A stretch of DNA of 25,221 nucleotides from a bacterium (GTDB taxonomy: Bacteria; UBP7; UBA6624; JBBIMK01), in the NCBI GenBank assembly GCA_037444445.1, contig JBBIMK010000029.1, forward strand, positions 1-25,221, given 5' to 3'. Positions within the stretch are counted from its first letter, which is position 1; every line of letters starts with the position of its first letter. The translations under genes and the position numbers were made by a program. Shown here piece after piece: positions 1 to 6,561 of this stretch. The notes below the pieces were generated by a model. It saw nothing but the letters and a program-made list of their open reading frames with translations. It was not told the DNA's origin and ran no database searches.

Positions 1-46
1 CTTACCATGCCTTCTGGTGGCAAGGCTTGAGTTTAACACTTCACTC

Positions 47-219
47 AATCGGCCGGGGGCTTCCCCCCCGTGGGAAAACCTCCATCGCGGGTGGGGGCTG
101 GAAAGATGCCCCGAGCAACCGGGGCAAAAGGAGGAAAAAATAAAAGCGGGAGAAACCGGGAATGGGGGCAGAAGCCCCGCCCGCAGAAGCCCCGACCCGG
201 CGGGGAGGAGAGAAATGCA
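47..219 (+). promoter_or_regulatory. GC-hairpin leader element, copy A, directly 5' of the QueC-like gene
   Basis: The first half (aatcggccggggg..cgtgggaaaacctcc..gcgggtgggggctggaaagatgccccgagc..ccggggcaaaaggagg) matches copies starting at 3408 and 5192. The second half (aaagcgggagaaaccgg..ggggcagaagcccc..cgcccgc, about 142-185) matches 1819-1863. There is a stem CGGGGG 54-59 / CCCCCG 65-70. A further hairpin, ccccg-acccgg-cgggg, abuts the SD GGAGGAG at 204-210. Confidence 0.6.
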
Positions 220-852
220 ATGGCAAAGACTGTCGTGATGCTATCGGGTGGGCCCGATTCGACAACGCTCCTTGCACATCTTTTAAACCAGGGAAACACG
301 GTACGGGGAGTGGTGATTAACTACGGTCAAAACCCGCGGACTCAGGAGGTGGCAGCGGCGAGGCGCATAGCTTTGGCCTACGGCATCCCCCTCGACGTTT
401 TCGACCTCGCGGCTTTGCGGGACATGCTGATTTCTTTGACAGACCCTCCGCACATGCTCATGGACACGTGTCGCGACCCCCAGGCTCTGCTTGGCCTCGT
501 CGGGTTCTATGCGGGTGCGCTCTTGTTCGACTCCGTAGCCTACGCCGCGAACCTTCGGGATGTCCAGGATCAGCCCGGCTACCCCAACTTCTTCCCGGCG
601 GCCCAGGTCATGCTGAATACACTTCCTCCCACCCAAAATCTCACGGTGCTCACTCCCTTCATTAACATGACGAAAGCGGCCGTCCTTCAGCTTGGACAAG
701 AACTCGGTGTGGACTGGACTCTCACCTGGTCCTGCTGGAACGACGTTCCAATTCACGATGGCACTTGTGGAGGATGCATCAGGCGGCATCGAGCATTCCT
801 TGACGCCGGTATCACCGATCCGACGCAATATGCCACTTCGCCAGGTCCTTGA
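220..852 (+). CDS. QueC-like PP-loop ATPase (7-cyano-7-deazaguanine synthase family, divergent)
   Basis: The N-terminus MAKTVVMLSGGPDSTT carries the SGGxDS PP-loop. The C-terminus has a Cys cluster, SCWNDVPIHDGTCGGCIRRH, followed by GITDPTQY, as in QueC. The SD GGAGGAG at 204-210 lies 9 nt upstream of the ATG at 220. The longer ORF starting at 70 runs through the leader repeat and is unlikely to be the real start. Confidence 0.75.
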   Translation: MAKTVVMLSGGPDSTTLLAHLLNQGNTVRGVVINYGQNPRTQEVAAARRIALAYGIPLDVFDLAALRDMLISLTDPPHMLMDTCRDPQALLGLVGFYAGALLFDSVAYAANLRDVQDQPGYPNFFPAAQVMLNTLPPTQNLTVLTPFINMTKAAVLQLGQELGVDWTLTWSCWNDVPIHDGTCGGCIRRHRAFLDAGITDPTQYATSPGP

Positions 853-922
853 GCCCATCTGCCTTACTGCCGACGAGCCAGAACGGAATCAAGCGGTTAG
901 CCGCCCAAAGGAAGACTGCGTA

Positions 923-1777
923 ATGGTCAGCGAAGGTTTCACATACCGGAGCGGCGTCAGGATAGAGTACGTGGTTTGGAGGCCGGCGGGGGTTGGAGAA
1001 GTGAACCCTATCATCCTCTTGCCAGGCTTTCTGTCCTCGGGCTGGTCCGCAGAATCCACGGCGGAACAGCTTGCTACGGTGACGGTCGGTGGTCAACGGT
1101 TCCTGGTGGTGGGTGTGTCCTTGCGCGGAAGGGGCAGGAGCGCGTTCGGCCCGGCTGCAGGTTGCTCAATCGAGCATCACGTTCGCGATATTGAGGCTGT
1201 CAGATCTGAACTGGGCCTCACCCGGCCCGTCATATGCGCGTTCTCTACCTCCGTAATATATGCAATCGCTTATGCGCTCAAGCACACCGCCACTTTGAAG
1301 GGTCTCATCCTCGGTGACTATCCCCCAAGGTTTCCTCAGATTAAGGACTCTTGGGTCACGGATATTGAGCGCGGTCCCTGGTCCTTCCCGAACTGGGCTG
1401 AGGCCGAGTCATGGGCCGTGAGAACAGGATTCATCTCCCTTGAGGACATTCATCGGGCCAGGGGTCGCTGGTTCGTGGAGTCCTCCTCGGGAGAAGTGCG
1501 TCGCCTGGGTTCCCAATGGCTGCCGCGGCGGCTCCAGGCCGAAAATGCACCTGTTGACTTCAGTCACTGCCTGAAGGAGATCCGTTGCCCGGTGATGGTC
1601 CTCAAGGGTACCTTTGCTGGTTCACTCTTGAGCGACTCCGATGTGGCCCACTACGAGGAATGTGGTGCAAAAGTGGTCTGCCTTCCCACGGGTCACGATG
1701 TGTTCCGCCATCAATCCGCAGTCCCCGCGATCATGGATTTCCTCCAACAGTTAGAGAGAAGCCAAAGAAGTGCCTGA
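923..1777 (+). CDS. alpha/beta-fold hydrolase
   Basis: It has ILLPGFLSSGW (oxyanion-region-like), a nucleophile-elbow variant AFSTS, and GHDVFRH near the C-terminus. The SD AAAGGAAG at 907-914 lies 8 nt before the ATG at 923. The ORF-track start at 692 would overlap the QueC-like gene. Confidence 0.65.
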   Translation: MVSEGFTYRSGVRIEYVVWRPAGVGEVNPIILLPGFLSSGWSAESTAEQLATVTVGGQRFLVVGVSLRGRGRSAFGPAAGCSIEHHVRDIEAVRSELGLTRPVICAFSTSVIYAIAYALKHTATLKGLILGDYPPRFPQIKDSWVTDIERGPWSFPNWAEAESWAVRTGFISLEDIHRARGRWFVESSSGEVRRLGSQWLPRRLQAENAPVDFSHCLKEIRCPVMVLKGTFAGSLLSDSDVAHYEECGAKVVCLPTGHDVFRHQSAVPAIMDFLQQLERSQRSA

Positions 1778-1816
1778 CGACGGGTCATAATTTCTATTCG
1801 TTCCATCTCCTTTATA

Positions 1817-1888
1817 ATGAAAGCGGGAGAAACCGGAAAGGGAGGGCAGGAGCCCCCGCCCGCTATACGGGGCAAAAGGAGAAAAAAA
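1817..1888 (+). promoter_or_regulatory. GC-hairpin leader, copy B (partial), 5' of lipoprotein paralog 1
   Basis: aaagcgggagaaaccgg..gggcaggagccc..cgcccgc matches 142-185. It ends in cggggcaaaaggagaaaaaaaATG, as in copies C and D. Confidence 0.5.
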
Positions 1889-2431
1889 ATGAAACGAAAT
1901 GGTATAATATCTACGATGGCAGTTGTTCTGGGATTTGCCCTTCTCGTCTCCTGTTCAGGAAGTTTCAAAGACCAATTCAAAAGGTGGTGCAAAGAGCGCC
2001 ACGGTGAATTCCAGGACCTGCCCGAGTTACTGTGCGTAATTCACACGGTTCCGGATCATGCAAAAGCAAAAGACAAAAACGGAGACGGCAAACTTAATCC
2101 CAGGGGAGCGGATAACACATGGTATGTGGGTGATCCAGGGCAAAATGATGATGACGAAATCGCATATTACGACAGGACAGGCGGCAGAATTCAATGCGCC
2201 ATGGTGGTTGCCGACACCCAGGAACTTTGCACCTACAGCGGCGGGACCTGGACTGAACTCAACGGGAGATATCAGTGCTCGTCTTCACAGTGGGAATCCG
2301 TCATCCTCGCAGAAGATAGCAATGGAGATGGAATCATCCAGGCGACGGAGCACTGGTGTGAAGGGAAGGACGAGAATGGCGGTCCGAACGGGCAAGAAGC
2401 ACCGTGCCCTTATGAGGGCTGGGATTTCTAA
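1889..2431 (+). CDS. Cys-rich lipoprotein with EF-hand-type DxNxDG loops (paralog 1, intact)
   Basis: MKRNGIISTMAVVLGFALLVSC has a lipobox (LVSC). The loops are DKNGDGKLN and DSNGDGIIQATE. The conserved C-terminal signature is EHWCEGKDENGGPNGQEAPC. The SD AAAGGAG lies upstream of the ATG at 1889. Confidence 0.8.
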   Translation: MKRNGIISTMAVVLGFALLVSCSGSFKDQFKRWCKERHGEFQDLPELLCVIHTVPDHAKAKDKNGDGKLNPRGADNTWYVGDPGQNDDDEIAYYDRTGGRIQCAMVVADTQELCTYSGGTWTELNGRYQCSSSQWESVILAEDSNGDGIIQATEHWCEGKDENGGPNGQEAPCPYEGWDF

Positions 2432-2557
2432 AAGGGGTCGCCGGGGAAATCATAAAGAATAAACTCAAACAATTTTTGCCGCTTGCTGCCCTCCTTCTTG
2501 TCGGAATACCATTTAATATAAAGGGGGCGCTAGCATTTTTTTTTTGGCCGGATACCT

Positions 2558-3115
2558 ATGGATTATATTGAGTATGAATTTTTTATTAGTTACTTCTGGT
2601 ATTTCGTTCTTGTATTACTTGTGGCTGGTTTATTTCCGGGTGGTCTACGAGAGATAGGCTGGAAGAAAGAAGGCTGGTTCAGAAATCTGCTCCTGGGTTT
2701 TTTTCTTTCTATTCTCGCAAGCGCTCTGGAGGTTCTACTACTATCTGGCATTCCATATCTCTTTCCTCGGTCTGCCGGCTTTTTACCCAGTCCAGTCTAC
2801 CGGTTTCGGAATATCAGGCAAATGTCTTTGGTGGGATTCTGGTACGAACTGCTGATGCGGGGAACGTGGGTTTTGTTTGAAGAGAGTTTTGATGTTTTTT
2901 TGCTGGTCCGCCTGGAGCGAGTATTGGGGAATTCTATCCTTTCTTGCGTGCTTGTCGCTCTGCTCGTTGTTTCCTATCACATAGGGGTGGAAAATCCGTT
3001 ATTAAAGCTCACCTCAATTGGATTCTTTTCATTCGCCGGGTTAGTGGTTTTCACTCGCACCCGTCACATTGGAGCGCTAATTACCGTGCATCTTCTGGGA
3101 GATATAACAGCGTGA
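2558..3115 (+). CDS. CPBP/Abi-like polytopic membrane protein (paralog 1, divergent motif 1)
   Basis: It has multiple hydrophobic helices. The motifs are EESFDVFLLVR, SYHIG and TVHLLGDI (HxxxD). It is alignable to the ORFs at 4108 and 5878. Confidence 0.6.
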   Translation: MDYIEYEFFISYFWYFVLVLLVAGLFPGGLREIGWKKEGWFRNLLLGFFLSILASALEVLLLSGIPYLFPRSAGFLPSPVYRFRNIRQMSLVGFWYELLMRGTWVLFEESFDVFLLVRLERVLGNSILSCVLVALLVVSYHIGVENPLLKLTSIGFFSFAGLVVFTRTRHIGALITVHLLGDITA

Positions 3116-3161
3116 AGGTGAAGGTGGCGGTAAATACTGCACTCTGGTATCTGATAAGGCA

Positions 3162-3386
3162 ATGCTGAAGAAGGGTAGTTTCTGGCATTGTGCTGGCATT
3201 TTTGCCATCCTTCTCCTGTTTCTTGACTCCCTCTGGGGTGCTAAACTTTATCATATTCATTTTTATGTGACGGAGCCCCCTATATACGGCTACATAGTGA
3301 GCCTTTTGTTTACCCTCTGGGCAGTAGCCATGTGGTTTTATGGTCGGAAGGTGCTGATGAAGGAAAAGGGAGCGGGTGATGAATAA
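3162..3386 (+). CDS. small two-TM membrane protein (cassette 1)
   Basis: The ORF is hydrophobic. Its C-terminal 19 aa, AMWFYGRKVLMKEKGAGDE, are identical to the C-terminus of the ORF at 4871-5170. Confidence 0.55.
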   Translation: MLKKGSFWHCAGIFAILLLFLDSLWGAKLYHIHFYVTEPPIYGYIVSLLFTLWAVAMWFYGRKVLMKEKGAGDE

Positions 3387-3507
3387 TCTATGGAGCAGGT
3401 AAGTCCGAATCGGCCGGGGGCTTTTCGCCCCCGTGGGAAAACCTCCAGAAGCGGGTGGGGGCTGAAAAGATGCCCCGAGCGTAACGCCGGGGCAAAAGGA
3501 GAAAAAA
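3327..3507 (+). repeat. Leader/junction repeat, copy C (3' end of the small membrane gene plus a structured intergenic leader)
   Basis: 3327-3436 matches 5111-5220 with 1 mismatch in 110 nt. Stems are CGGGGGC 3415-3421 / GCCCCCG 3427-3433, GGGGC 3458-3462 / GCCCC 3472-3476, and the mutually exclusive GCCCCG 3472-3477 / CGGGGC 3488-3493. The last stem ends 4 nt before the SD GGAG at 3498-3501. Confidence 0.7.
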
Positions 3508-4075
3508 ATGAAACGAAATGGTCACCTCAAGGGGATAACGGTTCTGGCAGTTACCCTTCTTGTTTCCTGTTCAGGAGGCACATTCAAAAGGGCTTTCGGA
3601 ACCCTGTTTTGTCTAACAATTGACGCTGTTCGTGGTCCCCCTGGACGGCTATTACTATTGCACGAGAACGAATCCCACTAATCCAAACGATAAGGTCACG
3701 GGGGTTGGAAAGGACAAGAACGGGAATAATAAGGTTGATGAATGGGGAGCGGACGGCAAACCCGGGACGGACGACGACGAGGTCTGGTGTGTTCAGGGAG
3801 AAGATAATTTAACGGGTCCTCCCATACCCTGTCCTCCCTGGATTAAGCCCAGAACTGTGGCTCAAGCGGATTGCGTAGAGAACGGGGGGAACTGGTCACA
3901 ATCGGACTCTGTCTATCAATGCACCTCATCGGGCTGGGACCGGGTGTTTTTCTGGGAGGACTTGAACGGGGATGATGGCATCCAGATAGATGAGTACTGG
4001 TGTGAATACAAAGATGCCAACGGCAACCCTGATGGAGTGAAAAAACCCTGTCTGGAAAATGCAGATTGGGAGTAA
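3508..4075 (+). pseudogene. Lipoprotein paralog 2, interrupted by a +1 frame change after the signal peptide
   Basis: The ATG at 3508 encodes MKRNGHLKGITVLAVTLLVSCSGG.., which stops at 3679-3681. The mature Cys-rich domain (DKNGNNKVDEW.., DLNGDDGIQIDEYWCEYKDANGNPDGVKKPC) is open in the next frame from 3617 to 4075. The two frames overlap across a C5 run at 3637-3641. Confidence 0.7.
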
Positions 4076-4107
4076 AAAACAGGACGCAATTCCGAATTAA
4101 GTTATAA

Positions 4108-4860
4108 TTGTATCAGAGAAAGAGGCGAGGATATATAAAAAGGGGGTTAATTTTTTTACTATTTCTTCCCGCTTTGTTCCTTTACTATCTGCTGTATGGC
4201 GTCGTTCAACTTCCCTATGTAAAGGTGGGGATAATTAATGTGTTGGCGGGGGATTTTGAGGCATTTGTTCCCGAAGCGGTTATTACCTTGCTCATTGCCG
4301 CGATGTTCCCTGATGGGCTTCGCCAGGTGGGGTGGAGAAGAGACCGCTGGGGAATCAACATTCTGCTGGGGGTGCTTCTATTCGTGAGTTTCTGGCTTGT
4401 CGGGTCCGGACTCAATTATCTGGGGATGTTTTTCTTTCCGGCCTGGGTTGCCCGGTTAGGCTCCGGTAGTCCTCTCTTTCACGGCATCCTGCAACATACC
4501 CTGCTGGGAAATCTCGCTGGCTTCATTCTTTTATTTCTCAATTCCGTAGCAGAAGACACCTTTGACATTTTCCTGTTTATTCGCCTGCGGCAGTGCTTTA
4601 AGGGGCGCTTGCTGGTTCCTTTTGTGGTCGTCATCCTGATAGACGCTGTGTCTCATTTTGAGTTTGGCTTCCCCACAAGTATCGCTGCAATGAGTCACAC
4701 TTTGACCGTTTCTACCTTTGTATTCCTCAAACTGGTCGTTTTCTACTACACCCGACACATTGGAGCGCTGGTCACCTGGCATACCCTGCATAATTTCTCA
4801 TTGGACATCCACAGATATATTGTAGCGGACCTGGAGTGGATTCTCAGAGGCGGAAGATAG
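4108..4860 (+). CDS. CPBP/Abi-like polytopic membrane protein (paralog 2, divergent motif 1)
   Basis: MFPDGLRQVGWRRDRW aligns with LFPGGLREIGWKKEGW of paralog 1. The motifs are AEDTFDIFLFIR, VSHFEFG and WHTLHNF. The start is uncertain: a TTG at 4108 with no clear SD. Confidence 0.6.
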   Translation: MYQRKRRGYIKRGLIFLLFLPALFLYYLLYGVVQLPYVKVGIINVLAGDFEAFVPEAVITLLIAAMFPDGLRQVGWRRDRWGINILLGVLLFVSFWLVGSGLNYLGMFFFPAWVARLGSGSPLFHGILQHTLLGNLAGFILLFLNSVAEDTFDIFLFIRLRQCFKGRLLVPFVVVILIDAVSHFEFGFPTSIAAMSHTLTVSTFVFLKLVVFYYTRHIGALVTWHTLHNFSLDIHRYIVADLEWILRGGR

Positions 4861-4870
4861 GGAAGCGAGA

Positions 4871-5170
4871 ATGAGAAGAATCTGGGAGAATAGACTGTTC
4901 TGGGAATGGTTGGGGGTTTTGTGCTTGTTGATGACATTTGCTCATAACTTGAGACTGCAATTGTTGTTACCGGTTCATATTCCTTGCGACATAAAAAAGT
5001 ATGGGAAAATATGTGAGGTTGCGACAAGCAAACTGCCTTTATTCGGCGGTCCCTGGTTCTGGAAGCCCTACGCAACGGTAGTGGGCATTCTCTTGTACAT
5101 CTGGCTCCTCGCCATGTGGTTTTATGGTCGGAAGGTGCTGATGAAGGAAAAGGGAGCGGGTGATGAATAA
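4871..5170 (+). CDS. small membrane protein (cassette 2)
   Basis: It has hydrophobic segments and the identical C-terminal 19 aa AMWFYGRKVLMKEKGAGDE. Confidence 0.55.
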   Translation: MRRIWENRLFWEWLGVLCLLMTFAHNLRLQLLLPVHIPCDIKKYGKICEVATSKLPLFGGPWFWKPYATVVGILLYIWLLAMWFYGRKVLMKEKGAGDE

Positions 5171-5305
5171 TCTATGGAGCAGGTAGGTCCGAATCGGCCG
5201 GGGGCTTTTCGCCCCCGTGGAAAACCCTCCAGAAGCGGGTGGGGGGCTGGAACATCGCCCCGTAAAGGGTGGTAAAATATCACCCGGGGGCGAAAGGAGG
5301 AAAAA
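5111..5305 (+). repeat. Leader/junction repeat, copy D
   Basis: It is near-identical to 3327-3436 and then diverges, while keeping GGGGC..GCCCC..CGGGGG pairings and the SD AAAGGAGG before the ATG at 5306. Stem: CGGGGGC 5199-5205 / GCCCCCG 5211-5217. Confidence 0.7.
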
Positions 5306-5865
5306 ATGAAACGAAATGGTATAATATCTACGATGGCAGTAATCATTCTTATTCTTTCCTGTAGTGATCCGGGAAGAGATAAGGATTATTACATAAGGAT
5401 TATTACAAAAACAAATGCGTCTATTATGTAATGGATATGTATGAGTGGTACGAGCCGTATCCGCCCTATGACTGGGCGTGTTCTAACGGCCAGAGTCGCT
5501 ATGTTGGTCAGGACAGAAACGGAGACGGTAAATATAAGGCGAAAGGGGATCCCGATGAGCTGGACGAGAGTAAGCGTCCCGAGGTGTGGTGCCAGAACAA
5601 ACAGTCTGACGGCACCTGGAAAAACGGCTCCTGTCCATTTGCAACTATGCAGACCGCAGAAACAGAATGCACTGTCAACGAGGGTTCCTGGTCCCGGTTA
5701 TCTCCCACGCAAGCCTGCTGTGCTTTCCCTGCTGGCGACCTCGCTGTTCTCATCCACGACGATAATGAAGATAGGCTTATCTACAACACCGAGTTCCATT
5801 GCGAGGGACTTAATGAGAACGGAGAACCTGACGGGCAGGAGATAACTTGCCCGGGGGAGGAGTAA
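5306..5865 (+). pseudogene. Lipoprotein paralog 3, split into a signal-peptide ORF and a mature-domain ORF
   Basis: 5306-5431 encodes MKRNGIISTMAVIILILSCSDPG..IM followed by a stop. The stop TAA overlaps the ATG at 5431 (TAATG). 5431-5865 encodes the Cys-rich domain (DRNGDGKYK, DDNEDRLIYNTEFHCEGLNENGEPDGQEITC). The mature frame is already open from 5383 and overlaps an A5 run at 5406-5410. Confidence 0.65.
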
Positions 5866-5877
5866 TTCGGGAGGTCT

Positions 5878-6561
5878 TTGGAACGATTCAGAAAGCCTGA
5901 ATTCTATCTTCTTCTCGCTTCTATCGGAAGCGTTTTTTTAGGGGAAGCGGTATTATTGGCCTCTATACTCGTAATACCGCGAGAGTTAAAAGACCTTTAC
6001 TTTGATTTCTACTATTATTTTAAGGAAGTTACCACCTGTCTTGGATGGATTGGCATCTTTGTAAGTTTTCTTCTCCTTTCAGGATGTGCGAGGGAATATT
6101 GGAAAAGAATACCTGTGGCAGTTCTTTTCAGGGCTACCTTGACGGCAGGAATCTTCAGTGGGCTTGCATCTGTCATTTTGCTCTCTGGGGAGTTTCTACT
6201 CACGAGTGGCAAGATTCCGGGTTTTGAACTCTCGGAGGCTCCACGAGGACTCATCACAGTAGCCCTGTTCGTTTTCCGTGAGGGCTCCAGCGTAATTCTT
6301 CAGGAAATTTTGATGCGTGGCGTGTTCCTGTTTTTTCTGATGAAGGGAGGGATTCCTTCTCCTCTTGCCAATTTTTTTCAGGCCATTCTTTTTGCTCTGG
6401 CTCACCCGAGAGCCCAACGTCAGTTTTTCTGGTTTCTCTTTTATTCACTTTTTGGATGGATTATGGGCTGGTCAGTTCTGCGTTATAAGTCCCTATATCC
6501 TGCCATAATGGTTCATACTCTGGGGAACTTTTTAAGTTATGCTCTGGGCTATGAGATATAA
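5878..6561 (+). CDS. CPBP family intramembrane metalloprotease (paralog 3, near-canonical motifs)
   Basis: The motifs are LQEILMRG (EExxxR-type), FALAHP (FxxxH) and MVHTLGNF (HxxxN). It is polytopic. It starts at TTG, preceded by GGGAGG at 5869-5874. Confidence 0.8.
   Translation: MERFRKPEFYLLLASIGSVFLGEAVLLASILVIPRELKDLYFDFYYYFKEVTTCLGWIGIFVSFLLLSGCAREYWKRIPVAVLFRATLTAGIFSGLASVILLSGEFLLTSGKIPGFELSEAPRGLITVALFVFREGSSVILQEILMRGVFLFFLMKGGIPSPLANFFQAILFALAHPRAQRQFFWFLFYSLFGWIMGWSVLRYKSLYPAIMVHTLGNFLSYALGYEI

Noticed and set aside
47-219. preQ1 riboswitch upstream of the QueC-like gene
   Set aside because: The sequence lacks the short preQ1-I/II hairpin-plus-A-rich-tail features I remember. The same element also precedes lipoprotein genes unrelated to queuosine.
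70-219. N-terminal extension of the QueC-like ORF (start at 70). Likewise 692-922 for the hydrolase and 1817-1888 for lipoprotein 1.
   Set aside because: The extensions translate the repeated leader or the upstream gene's 3' end. They are Gly/Arg/Pro/Lys-rich and are not conserved in frame between leader copies. Good SD-ATG pairs exist at 220, 923 and 1889.
283-858. 191-aa minus-strand ORF antisense to the QueC-like gene. The same applies to the antisense ORFs at 9611-10084, 10777-11160, 11714-12046, 12362-12739 and 16066-16702.
   Set aside because: They lie wholly inside well-supported genes on the other strand in G+C-rich DNA, where long spurious antisense ORFs are expected. They have low-complexity Arg/Pro/Ser-rich composition and no motifs.
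1907-1916. tgGTATAAT extended -10-like hexamer inside the first codons of lipoprotein paralogs 1 and 3 (also at about 5324-5333)
   Set aside because: It is explained by the conserved codons for N-G-I-I. A transcript starting there would lack the start codon. It is absent from paralog 2.
3396-3404. caGGTAAGT, which matches the eukaryotic 5' splice-site consensus, in the conserved junction element
   Set aside because: The context is bacterial, with no intron-like features such as the group II GUGYG motif or domain V. It is most likely coincidence.
5441-5845. 134-aa alternative-frame ORF inside lipoprotein paralog 3. The same applies to 2058-2462 inside paralog 1 and 6583-6909 next to the small membrane gene.
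   Set aside because: The overlapping frames that I annotated carry the conserved Cys/DxNxDG or transmembrane patterns shared between paralogs. These alternative frames do not.
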